This document shows positions 32,912 through 43,085 of a stretch of 64,000 nt of DNA, one piece after another (within the stretch, counting starts at the first letter, position 1; each line of letters opens with the position of its first letter). The translations under genes were made by a program, and so were the position numbers. The stretch comes from Hyalangium minutum (GTDB lineage Bacteria > Myxococcota > Myxococcia > Myxococcales > Myxococcaceae): contig NZ_JMCB01000004.1 in assembly GCF_000737315.1 (NCBI RefSeq), positions 1 to 64,000 of the forward strand. Direction: 5' to 3'. The notes beneath the pieces were generated by a model that was not told the origin of the DNA, ran no database searches, and saw only the letters and a program-made list of their open reading frames with translations.

Positions 32912-35188
32912 ATGATCCATAAATCGTTGGGAGTCGCCGTCGTGTTGCTGATGGGCATCCTGGGAGCGGGCGAGAGCCTCGCCGCGCCCACCTATGGAGC
33001 CCAGAGCTCGGGGGCCAGCTCGGCCCTCTTCTATATCAACAGCACCTCGTGGGCGGACATCCACTACCGGGTCAACAATGGGGGCCAGGTCAACGTTCGG
33101 ATGACGCTCGTGGGCTCGCAGAACCAGTACACGGTGACGGGTCTCACCAGTGGCAGCGTCGTCACCTACAACTTCACGTACTGGGACGCCGCCTGTAACT
33201 GCGCCTTCGATACCGCCACGGCCACTTATACCCATGGCTCCTCGTCGCCTCCGGACGCGGGCACGGGCACTCCCGATGCGGGCTCCGGAACTCCGGACGC
33301 GGGCACGGGCACTCCGGACGCGGGTACCGGTGGCCCTACTGGCAGCGCGGTCCCCTTGTTCAACAGCACCACCCCGCTGGAGCCGGCCCTGGTGGAGAAC
33401 ACCTCCACGGCGATCATCACCCACGTGGGCGAGCGCGTGCGCGATCGCCATGCCCGCGAGTCCCAGTTCCAGGCGTATGACCACTTCCTGGGCAAGTACT
33501 TCGTCAACCGTACCTTCTACGTCGACATCATCGACGAGGTGGCCAAGGGCGGCAGCCAGATCACCGTCAACATGCACACCGTCTACCCACACGACGGCAC
33601 GAACTTCCGCGCGTTCTTCCGGGGCCTCAACACCGTCGCGGAGTACTTCCACAACGGCACCTTCACCCGCGTGAACGACTACCTCTACACCGCCAGCGTC
33701 AACTACAACGCCAAGGAGGGGCGTGCCATCCGGGTGGGCGATCGCATGGAGATCGAGATCGGCGTCTTCCTGAAGCAACCGGTGGACGGCCGCTTCAACT
33801 ATTACTCGGGGGCGTGGCTGTACATCGTGGGCCAGGGCGGCATCGTGCCCTTCGAGGGCGTCGGCTCCACGCTCGACTCCTTCCCCCTGCCGGAGACCGC
33901 GTGGGCGGGCGGACGGACCACGCAGAACTACCCGTATTCGAACGAGCCGGCCGAGCGCTTCATGCAGATGGCGCTGAACCTGGCCCCGGTCAACACTCAG
34001 ACGTTCGTCGAGGGCCGCCGGATCCACCACACGGACTTCGGTACGGGCGCTCACTCCGAGGCGGACAACCCGGTGTTCACCGAGCAGGCGAACAAGCTGG
34101 GGAACAGCTACATCGCGCGCTCGTGCGTGGCCTGCCACGTGAACAACGGCCGCGGCCTGCCTCCTGCCACCAACACCACGCTGACCAACCTCGTGGTCAA
34201 GGTGGGCAAGCTCAGCGGCTCCACGAACGTGTCGGATCCGCAGCTGGGCGCCAAGCTGCAGCCGCGCTCTGTCAGTGGCACCCCCGAGGCGGATGTGAAG
34301 ATCACCTCGTGGACCACGACCAATGGCACTTTCTCGGATGGCACGGCCTACCAGCTGCGCAAGCCCGTCTACGCCTTCAGCAACGTCATCCCCACGAACT
34401 ACTCGGCGCGCATGACGCCGCAGCTGGTGGGCTTGGGCCTGCTGGAGGCGGTGCCCGAGAGCGCCATCTTCGCCCTGGCCGATCCCAATGACGCCAACGG
34501 CGACGGCATCTCTGGCCGCATGAGCACCGTGGTGGACCCCCAGACGGGCCAGACCCGCATGGGCCGCTTCGGCTGGAAGGCGAGCCTGGCGCGGGTGCGC
34601 CACCAGGTCGCCGATGCGCTCAATGGCGACATGGGCGTCACCACGTCCGTGTACAGGTCGCTGGACTGCGGCTCGTCCCAGCAGGGCTGCACGGGCACCA
34701 GCACAGAGCTGAGTGACGCGGACCTGGACAAGCTCGTCCGCTACATCTCTCTCTTGGGCGTCAATGCCCGGCGCAACCTCAACGACACGCAGGCGCAGCG
34801 CGGCGAGACGCTCTTCCAGAGCGCCGGCTGCTCCAAGTGCCACACGGCCAGCCTGCCTACGAGCCCCTACCACCCGAACTCCGAGCTGCGCAGCCAGACG
34901 ATCCGTCCGTACACGGATCTGCTCCTGCACGACATGGGCTCGGGGCTGGCGGACAACCTGCCGGAGGGCACGGCCTCGGGCTCCGAGTGGCGCACCGCTC
35001 CCCTGTGGAGCATCGGCTGGACGGCGGGCGTCAGCGGCGGCGAGGCCTACCTGCACGACGGCCGCGCTCGCAACCTCTCCGAGGCCATCCTCTGGCACGG
35101 CGGTGAGGGCGAGGCCTCCAAGCAGTCCTTCGTGAGGATGTCCGCTGCGGACCGGGATGCGCTGATCAAGTTCCTCCAGTCCCTGTAA
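32912..35188 (+). CDS. Secreted CBM56-like / linker / di-heme oxidoreductase (DHOR family) fusion
   Basis: AGGAAGG RBS; signal peptide; WADIHYRVNNGGQVNVRM...YNFTY...AFDT CBM56-like module; PDAG repeats; CVACH (34124-34138) and CSKCH (34829-34843); DHOR motifs GLGLLEAVP, DPNDANGDGISGR, GRFGWKA, WRTAPLWSIG, YLHDGRARNL. Confidence 0.87.
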   Translation: MIHKSLGVAVVLLMGILGAGESLAAPTYGAQSSGASSALFYINSTSWADIHYRVNNGGQVNVRMTLVGSQNQYTVTGLTSGSVVTYNFTYWDAACNCAFDTATATYTHGSSSPPDAGTGTPDAGSGTPDAGTGTPDAGTGGPTGSAVPLFNSTTPLEPALVENTSTAIITHVGERVRDRHARESQFQAYDHFLGKYFVNRTFYVDIIDEVAKGGSQITVNMHTVYPHDGTNFRAFFRGLNTVAEYFHNGTFTRVNDYLYTASVNYNAKEGRAIRVGDRMEIEIGVFLKQPVDGRFNYYSGAWLYIVGQGGIVPFEGVGSTLDSFPLPETAWAGGRTTQNYPYSNEPAERFMQMALNLAPVNTQTFVEGRRIHHTDFGTGAHSEADNPVFTEQANKLGNSYIARSCVACHVNNGRGLPPATNTTLTNLVVKVGKLSGSTNVSDPQLGAKLQPRSVSGTPEADVKITSWTTTNGTFSDGTAYQLRKPVYAFSNVIPTNYSARMTPQLVGLGLLEAVPESAIFALADPNDANGDGISGRMSTVVDPQTGQTRMGRFGWKASLARVRHQVADALNGDMGVTTSVYRSLDCGSSQQGCTGTSTELSDADLDKLVRYISLLGVNARRNLNDTQAQRGETLFQSAGCSKCHTASLPTSPYHPNSELRSQTIRPYTDLLLHDMGSGLADNLPEGTASGSEWRTAPLWSIGWTAGVSGGEAYLHDGRARNLSEAILWHGGEGEASKQSFVRMSAADRDALIKFLQSL
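33251..33334 (+). repeat. 4 x 21-bp tandem repeat encoding a PDAG(T/S)G(T/G) linker
   Basis: ccggacgcgggcacgggcact-type units. Confidence 0.9.
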
Positions 35189-35208
35189 CGCGCGCTGGAG
35201 GCAGCTCC

Positions 35209-35239
35209 GGGGACCGCGTCACCACGCGGTCCCCTTTTT
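35209..35239 (+). terminator. Rho-independent terminator
   Basis: GGGGACCGCGT-CACC-ACGCGGTCCCC perfect 11-bp stem followed by TTTTT. Confidence 0.9.
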
Positions 35240-35263
35240 ATTTGCGGGAGAGGGCTGCGCTGC

Positions 35264-36349
35264 TCAGTCCAGCCCGCGCTCCCAGAGGTCGTCCTCGTCC
35301 AGCCCCACGAGGTGCCCCACCTCGTGCATCACGGTGATGCCGATCTGCTCGATCAGCTCCTCGCGCGTCTTCGCGAAGCGCTCCAGGTTCCTCTGGTACA
35401 GCACGATCGCCGCCGGGAAGTGATCGTACGCGTTCGTCACGCTCCGCTCGCCCACCGGCGTTCCCCGGAACACCCCCAGGATGCATGGCGACAGGGGAGG
35501 GGTCTGATCCATCAGCTCTTCATCCGACGGGATGTCCTCCACGGAGATCGTCACGTTGTCCAGGTAGCCCTTCACGTGCTCTGGAAGCGCCTTCACCGCC
35601 GACTCGAGCGCCTGATCGAACTCCGGCTCCGCCAACGACACCGGCGGCGGGAACTCCTGCGGCGCCAACGCCTGCGCCTTCCCGAACCGCTTCTTGGCCT
35701 CCTTCGCATCCCCGCGCCGCTCCGCTATCAGCCCCAGGTAGTGGTGCGCCCAGGCCTCGTCCGGCGTGTCCTTCAGCACCTTCTCGAAGGACGCCTGCGA
35801 CTCCTTGAAGCGGCACAGCTCGAACAGCGCGATGGCTCGCTCCACCTGCGCATCGATCGAGCGCGGCATGTGCCCGAGCGCTTCCTCCAGGCTCTCCAGC
35901 GCCTGGGTGCACTCGCCCATCTGGTTCAGGCCCATCCCTTCCAAGAGGAGGAACTCGTACACATGCTCTACATCGTCCGCTCGTTCCGCCAGCTTCCGCC
36001 CACGGCCACACAGGGTGAGCCCTTCCTCCACCGCGTCGCGATCTTCTCCCATCCGGCAGAGGAGGAAGTCCGCCATCTCCAGGATCAGCTCCAGATCCTC
36101 TGGGCTCGCCTCCAAAGCCTGTTGATACGCTTGCACCGCTTCTTCCTGGCGCCCAAGCCCCGCGAGCGCTGCCGCTCGATAGTGCAGCGCCTCCGGCTGC
36201 CCTGGCGCCTCCTTCAGCAGCGCTTGTGTCTTCTCCAGCGCGCCTTCCAGATCCTCGGCGTCGAACGCCGCGGCGATCTGTTCCAGGCGCTGCTCCGAGT
36301 CCCCCGGCAATGAGCGTTTCTCCCGCTTCCCCATCATGAGCGGCCTCAT
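35264..36349 (-). CDS. TPR-containing minimal zincin (Zincin_1-like) metallopeptidase
   Basis: Start at ATG 36349 with GAGGGA RBS; several TPR helices; C-terminal ILGVFRG...IVLYQRN...TVMHEVGHLVGLDEDDL. Confidence 0.85.
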   Translation of the reverse strand: MRPLMMGKREKRSLPGDSEQRLEQIAAAFDAEDLEGALEKTQALLKEAPGQPEALHYRAAALAGLGRQEEAVQAYQQALEASPEDLELILEMADFLLCRMGEDRDAVEEGLTLCGRGRKLAERADDVEHVYEFLLLEGMGLNQMGECTQALESLEEALGHMPRSIDAQVERAIALFELCRFKESQASFEKVLKDTPDEAWAHHYLGLIAERRGDAKEAKKRFGKAQALAPQEFPPPVSLAEPEFDQALESAVKALPEHVKGYLDNVTISVEDIPSDEELMDQTPPLSPCILGVFRGTPVGERSVTNAYDHFPAAIVLYQRNLERFAKTREELIEQIGITVMHEVGHLVGLDEDDLWERGLD

Positions 36350-36436
36350 ATCCAGGTCCCTCTGTACGTTGTCAACGCAGGGAGCGGTTGTTACTTTCGC
36401 TCTTTCCCTGAGTCCCCAGGGACAGGTGTCCCTTTC

Positions 36437-36793
36437 GTGAACATCCTCGTCGTCGATGATGACCTCAGCCTGTGCGCCAGTCTCTCCCAGTTTTTGGAGG
36501 GGAACGGCTACACGGTCTATTCGGCCGGCGACGCCCTCCAGGCCTTGGACGTCATGGAGCGCCAGCCCGTGGAGCTCATCATCACCGATTATTTGATGCC
36601 CCACGTGGATGGCATCCGTTTCACCGAGATGCTCAAGGCGGATCCCCGCTTTACGGAGATCCCCGTGCTCCTCATCACCGCCTCCCCGGACGTGGCCACC
36701 ACCGACAAGGGCCTGCGCAGGGGCGTGGCCATGATGCTCCAGAAGCCGGTGGACATGGGCCAGCTCCTGACGCTGGTCCGCTTCGCCGAGTAG
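36437..36793 (+). CDS. Single-domain response regulator
   Basis: ILVVDDD, ITDYLMP phosphoacceptor Asp, LITA, QKP. Confidence 0.9.
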   Translation: MNILVVDDDLSLCASLSQFLEGNGYTVYSAGDALQALDVMERQPVELIITDYLMPHVDGIRFTEMLKADPRFTEIPVLLITASPDVATTDKGLRRGVAMMLQKPVDMGQLLTLVRFAE

Positions 36794-36843
36794 GCCCGAG
36801 GACCTTCCAGCCGTCCTACCGTCTACACCCTCGGCTTTCCGTG

Positions 36844-36896
36844 TTGACATCCCCCGTGCGGCCCTTATTTTGGCGCTCGCCGAGGCCGAGTGCTAA
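36844..36896 (+). promoter_or_regulatory. sigma70-type promoter and CIRCE (HrcA operator) upstream of groEL
   Basis: TTGACA at 36844-36849; TTGGCGCTC-N9-GAGTGCTAA at 36870-36896, two mismatches to TTAGCACTC-N9-GAGTGCTAA. Confidence 0.85.
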
Positions 36897-36938
36897 CGGC
36901 CCCAAATTCCCATTTCCATGTAGTTTCAGGAGGTTACG

Positions 36939-38588
<1,650 letters not shown>

Positions 38589-38634
38589 GCCGCTAGGGCT
38601 CGGGACGGCCGCTCCGGTGGCCGTCCTCGGTAGT

Positions 38635-38677
38635 CGGCCCCGGTGTCCTCGAGAGAGGCCCGGGGCCGTTGCTTTTT
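38635..38677 (+). terminator. Terminator after groEL
   Basis: CGGCCCCGG...CCGGGGCCG stem followed by TTGCTTTTT. Confidence 0.6.
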
Positions 38678-40188
38678 CAGGGCGTGCCCAGCTTCAGGGC
38701 GCGGGACAGCTCGCGGCTGAGCGCGGGCGCGTCGAAGAAGAGCCGAGGCAGGCAGGCGATGGCGCCGGCCCGCAGCGAGTCCAGCGTCGTCTCCATGGTG
38801 AGGTGCTCCACCAGGACGATGAAGGGCGCGCCCTGGGCCAGGGCCTTGCCCAGCTCCAGCGCCTTGCGGCCGTACGCCGGGGTGAAGTCCCAGCTCACCA
38901 CCACCGCCATGGGAGGCTCCATCGCGGCGATCTCCGTGGTGCTAATGAGCCGCGGCTCCAGTCCCAGGCGGGTGAGCGCCTCCATGACGGTGCGCGAGGA
39001 GGTGGCGTTGTCGTCGATGACGTCCACGCGCCGCCCGGTGGCCGTCCGGGGCTGCGCCGGAGGCGAGGCGATGGCCGCGCGGATGAGGGCACGCACCTGG
39101 CGGATGTCGTCGAAGGGCTTGAGCAGGTAGTCCATCACCCCCAGCTCCAGCGCCTCCTGCGTGGTGCCCAGCGAGGGGTAGCCCGTCATCAACAGGATGC
39201 GGGCCTGCGGGTTCATCATCCGCGCCTGCTGAGCCAGCGCCAGGCCGGACAGGCCCGGGAGGTTCTTGTCGGTGACGATGAGGTCCACGCGCTCGTTGCG
39301 CAGCAGATCGAGCGCTTCCTCGGCCGTGCCCGCCTCGAGCACCTCGAACTCCTTGCCCAGCAGGTCCCGGAAGACCATGCGGATGATGCTCTCGTCATCG
39401 ACGATGAGCACTCGCTTGCGCTGGGTGGTGGGCACCTCGACAGTTGCGGGGAAGGAGATTCGGAAGACGGTGGAAGGCGGCGGCTGGTCCGGCAGCGTGT
39501 CCGTGGGCGCCAGGCTGATCTGCGCCCGGTGTTCCTGGGCAATCCGCTTGCACACCGCGAGCCCCAGCCCCGTGCCGCGCTTGCTGCTGGAGACGTAGGG
39601 CTCGAAGATCTTCTCCCGCATCTCCCGGGGAATGCCGGGGCCCCAGTCCGCCACGTACAGGACGGGTGCGCTGCCCTCCAGCGTCAGCAGCACCTTGATG
39701 CGCCCCCGGCCGCCCATGGCGTCGCGCGCGTTGTTGAGCAGGTTGAGGGTGAGCTGCTCCAGGAGCCGGGCGTTGCCCTGAACGGTGATGGTCTCCGGGG
39801 CCTCCACCTCCAGCGAGATGCGGGCGGAGTCCGGGTTGAGCGAGAAGAGCTTGGCCGCGGCCCACACGGGGGTGGCCAGCGACAGGCGCTGCTGGGGCGC
39901 CGTCCGGTCGCTGGAGAGGCGGACGAAGTCAGAGATGATCTGCTCCATCCGCTCCACCTGGGCCAGCAGCAGCTTGAGCGGGCCTACGGTGCCGGTCTCT
40001 TCCGCCAGCAGCTGGGCGTAGGCCTTCACCCCTAGCAGGGGCTGGCGCAGCTCGTGCAGCACCTCGGCGGCCAGCTGGGTCGAGCCAGGCCCCGAGCGCT
40101 GCAGGGCCGCGGCCGCGGCCTTTGCCGTTGCCAGGTCACCAACCTCCAAGGCTTGCAGGAGATGAGCGAGCGGGGCAGGAGTCTCCAT
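38677..40188 (-). CDS. sinK: Hybrid histidine kinase/response regulator, SinK-like
   Basis: HELRQPL H-box, NLLNNA, DWGPGI, GTGLGL, REC (IVDDE, TDKNLP, KP) and a degenerate second REC; lies next to groEL and encC as recalled for Myxococcus. Confidence 0.8.
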   Translation of the reverse strand: METPAPLAHLLQALEVGDLATAKAAAAALQRSGPGSTQLAAEVLHELRQPLLGVKAYAQLLAEETGTVGPLKLLLAQVERMEQIISDFVRLSSDRTAPQQRLSLATPVWAAAKLFSLNPDSARISLEVEAPETITVQGNARLLEQLTLNLLNNARDAMGGRGRIKVLLTLEGSAPVLYVADWGPGIPREMREKIFEPYVSSSKRGTGLGLAVCKRIAQEHRAQISLAPTDTLPDQPPPSTVFRISFPATVEVPTTQRKRVLIVDDESIIRMVFRDLLGKEFEVLEAGTAEEALDLLRNERVDLIVTDKNLPGLSGLALAQQARMMNPQARILLMTGYPSLGTTQEALELGVMDYLLKPFDDIRQVRALIRAAIASPPAQPRTATGRRVDVIDDNATSSRTVMEALTRLGLEPRLISTTEIAAMEPPMAVVVSWDFTPAYGRKALELGKALAQGAPFIVLVEHLTMETTLDSLRAGAIACLPRLFFDAPALSRELSRALKLGTP

Positions 40189-40320
40189 TCACCCCCGAGC
40201 ATGGCGGACCCTGTGTCCATGCGCAACGCAACACACGCGGAATCCGTTGACCGGAGGCCGAAGCCTGCGGATGCTGCCACCCCCGCCCGGGTCGCCCCGG
40301 CCGGGGCCCTGGAGGCTGAC

Positions 40321-40716
40321 ATGCCGCAGACCAATCCGTTCCACTCGGTGGTGCCCCCCCGCAAGCTCACGGACTCCGAGCTGGCGCGCTCCATCCGGCT
40401 CAACATCGAGGCGGAGCTGGACGCCATCAACCTCTATGCCGCCCACATCGAGGCCACGGACAATGAGGAGGCCAAGGCCATCCTCCAGCACGTGATGGAC
40501 GAGGAGCGCGAGCACGCGGCCCTCTTCTGGCAGCTCATTGCCCGGCTGGATCCCCAGCAGGCCAAGCATGATTCGGAGGCCTCGCGGAAGTACCAGCTCA
40601 TCGTCAGCGGGGCTCCGCACGAGGACGTGGAGTCGGTGGGCGAGGGCGGGGGAGGGGGCAGGGCCGCCGAGCCTCCGCTCCCCAAGCAGCTGACCGTGGG
40701 CAACTTGCGCCGCTGA
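40321..40716 (+). CDS. encC: Encapsulin ferritin-like cargo protein
   Basis: Start at ATG 40321 (MPQTNPFHS); EAELDAINLY and DEEREH ferroxidase motifs; C-terminal LTVGNLRR encapsulin targeting peptide. Confidence 0.9.
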   Translation: MPQTNPFHSVVPPRKLTDSELARSIRLNIEAELDAINLYAAHIEATDNEEAKAILQHVMDEEREHAALFWQLIARLDPQQAKHDSEASRKYQLIVSGAPHEDVESVGEGGGGGRAAEPPLPKQLTVGNLRR

Positions 40717-40741
40717 GCTTCCGGGCGGCGAACGGGAGCGC

Positions 40742-42103
40742 CTAGCCCGCCACCTTGCGCTCGGCGGGCAGGGCCTCCTGGTCCAGCGCTGCCATGTAGA
40801 CAACATTCCGGGTGCCGCGCTTGCCGCGGTACATGGCGCGATCGGCCATGTCCAGCAGTGCGCCCTTGTCGCGCGCATGCTCGGGGAAGCTGGCCACTCC
40901 CACGCACGTCGTCAGGGAGAGGGAGATGCCCTCGCGCGGGATGAAGTGGTGGTTCTCCATGGTGCGGCGGATGCGCTCGGCCACCTTGAGGGCGCCACCC
41001 GAATCCGTGTTGCGCAGCAGCACCACGTACTCGTCCCCTCCGTAGCGGACGACCACGTCCCGCTCGCGCACGCAGCCCTTGAGCACGCGCCCCACCTCCA
41101 CCAGCAGGCGCGAGCCCACCAGGTGGCCGTGCGTGTCGTTCACGGCCTTGAAGTGGTCCAGGTCCATGAAGAGCAGGCTGAAGGGGATGTCCGTCTGCTG
41201 CGAGGCCTTCACCTCCCGGTCCAGCACCAGGTGGAGGTAGCGCATGTTGTAGAGGTGGGTGAGATCGTCCATGTAGGCCAGATCTTCCACCTCGCTGAAG
41301 CGCCCCATGTTGCGCAGCGCCATGGCGTAGTGGCGCGAGAGGAACCCGGCCACCTCGGGCACGTTCTCCGGCGGCGGGCGGGAGAAGAACAGGACGATCT
41401 GGCCCAGGGACAGGTCCGCGTCGCTCGCGGGGAAGGCGATCACGTGCTCGAAGTCCCCGGGCAGCGAGTCCAGCGAGCGGGGCGTACGGATGCCCTGGAG
41501 CTGGGAGCAGAGGATGGGCTCGAGCTCCGTCACCAGCTCGGGGGCCATGCCGTTGTGGCCATGGACCTTCAGCGGGCCGCCCTCGCGCAGCAGCAGCAAC
41601 ACGCCCTGGGCTTGCGTCTGCGCCTCGAGCGCACTGGCCACGGCCAGCGCGAGCCGCTCGCGATCCAGGGTGGTGGCGATGCGCTGCCCCATCTCCAACA
41701 GAGAGACGTACTGGCGCAGTGAGGCGTTCTCGCGCAGCAGATCCCTCGTGGTGAGGGCGCGGCGCACGGCGTGCTCGAGCGCCTCCGGGGCCACCGGCTT
41801 CACGAGGTACTCGGCCGCGCCGCTCTTGATGGCACGCACGGCGGGATCCACCTTGTCCAGGCCGGTGATGACGACCACCTCGACGCCCGGGTAGCGCTCC
41901 TTGCTGTAGCGGAGCACCTCCATGCCGTCGGTGCCAGGAAGGATCAGGTCCGTGACCACCGCGTCATAGGTGTCGGCATTGAGCGCTTCGCGGAACTCCT
42001 CGAAGCTTCCCACGGCGACGACGGTGTGGCCGGCGGCGCGCAGATAGTCCCCGTACAGGGTCCGGGCCATCTTCTCGTCGTCGACTAGCAGGATCTGCGC
42101 CAT
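40742..42103 (-). CDS. REC-(GAF-like)-Hypr GGDEF dinucleotide cyclase, predicted 3',3'-cGAMP synthase
   Basis: REC (VDDE, TDLILP, KP); DLDHFKAVNDTHGHLVGS with Ser at the PleD D344-equivalent position; RERD I-site; RYGGDEY. Confidence 0.85.
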   Translation of the reverse strand: MAQILLVDDEKMARTLYGDYLRAAGHTVVAVGSFEEFREALNADTYDAVVTDLILPGTDGMEVLRYSKERYPGVEVVVITGLDKVDPAVRAIKSGAAEYLVKPVAPEALEHAVRRALTTRDLLRENASLRQYVSLLEMGQRIATTLDRERLALAVASALEAQTQAQGVLLLLREGGPLKVHGHNGMAPELVTELEPILCSQLQGIRTPRSLDSLPGDFEHVIAFPASDADLSLGQIVLFFSRPPPENVPEVAGFLSRHYAMALRNMGRFSEVEDLAYMDDLTHLYNMRYLHLVLDREVKASQQTDIPFSLLFMDLDHFKAVNDTHGHLVGSRLLVEVGRVLKGCVRERDVVVRYGGDEYVVLLRNTDSGGALKVAERIRRTMENHHFIPREGISLSLTTCVGVASFPEHARDKGALLDMADRAMYRGKRGTRNVVYMAALDQEALPAERKVAG

Positions 42104-42122
42104 TGTCTTCCGCTTACCATCA

Positions 42123-42968
42123 ATGCCCTCGGGGCTGCTAGCCTCCCTCCCCGTGGCTCCATTCGAAAGCGGACGCCGGTTGTGTCTGCTCGTCGAGGCG
42201 GGTGAGACGCGCTATGCCCTGGAGGCTACCTCGGTGATGGAGGTGGCCCTGCCGGGCAGTGATGGCACCAGCCTGCGAGGCATGCTCGAGGTGAAGGATC
42301 TGTCCGTGCTGCTCGGCGGCGCCCCCGAGAAGGGGCAGGGCATGGTGGTGGTGTTGGATGTGAGCCCCACGCTGGCGGTGCGGGTCCGCTCGGTGGTGGA
42401 GGTGGCGGACGTGGCGCACGCGCCGTTCTTCCTGCTGCCCGCGGGGCTGGGCGAGGCGCTCGTCCCGCTGAGCCGGGGCGCCGTCCTCCACAAGGGGCGG
42501 CTCTACCTGGAGCTCATCGCCGAGTCGCTGCCGCAGCGCGGCGTCCCCAAGCCCTCCGCAGGCACCCCCCGGCCCGTGCACCTCATGGAGAGTGCTCCGG
42601 AGCGGGCGCTCGTCTTCGAGTCCCAGGGCCGCCTGTTCGGTCTGCCGCTGAGCTTGGTGTCCCAGGTCGTCACTCAGGGTGAGGCCTTCAGCCGGTTACC
42701 CGTGCAGCGCGGGGCGGTGGCGGGGGTATTCCCCCATGCCCAGGTGCTGTGGCCTATCTTCTCGGTGCCGGCGATGCTGGGGGGGACGGCCGGGGTGGAG
42801 GCCTTCTTCGTGCTCACGGAGATGGCGGGCCAGAACGTGGGGCTGTGTGCCACCCGTGTCCTCGGCGTGCTCCCACGCTTCGAGCCCACCGACGTCCCTG
42901 GCGAGTTCCGTGCACCCGGATTGACCGGACCTGTGCTCTTCCTGGACCTGCAGCACATGTTTTCTTGA
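42123..42968 (+). CDS. Tandem CheW-like domain protein
   Basis: Two degenerate CheW-like halves (RYALEATSVMEV...; LFGLPLSLVSQVV...GVFPH). Confidence 0.7.
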   Translation: MPSGLLASLPVAPFESGRRLCLLVEAGETRYALEATSVMEVALPGSDGTSLRGMLEVKDLSVLLGGAPEKGQGMVVVLDVSPTLAVRVRSVVEVADVAHAPFFLLPAGLGEALVPLSRGAVLHKGRLYLELIAESLPQRGVPKPSAGTPRPVHLMESAPERALVFESQGRLFGLPLSLVSQVVTQGEAFSRLPVQRGAVAGVFPHAQVLWPIFSVPAMLGGTAGVEAFFVLTEMAGQNVGLCATRVLGVLPRFEPTDVPGEFRAPGLTGPVLFLDLQHMFS

Positions 42969-43085
42969 TTGCCCCGGAGGGCAACCCCTAAGCTGCCCCG
43001 CGTGCAGCGAGCGTGGAATGTCTTCGCCTTCGCTCCCGTTTCTTCAATTAATTCTGGGGGTTGATGCCCCCGAGGCCCGACGCCG

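Noticed and set aside
20500-35188. UGA-recoded selenoproteins near selC
   Set aside because: I noticed no TGA-terminated gene here that obviously continues as a domain past its stop; a SECIS search was not run.
40054-40320. ORF-track N-terminal extensions (encC from 40054, P450 from 22801, peptidase from 36850, lipoprotein from 28419)
   Set aside because: They overlap neighbouring genes and lack family similarity; downstream starts match family N-termini or signal peptides, two with clear RBS.
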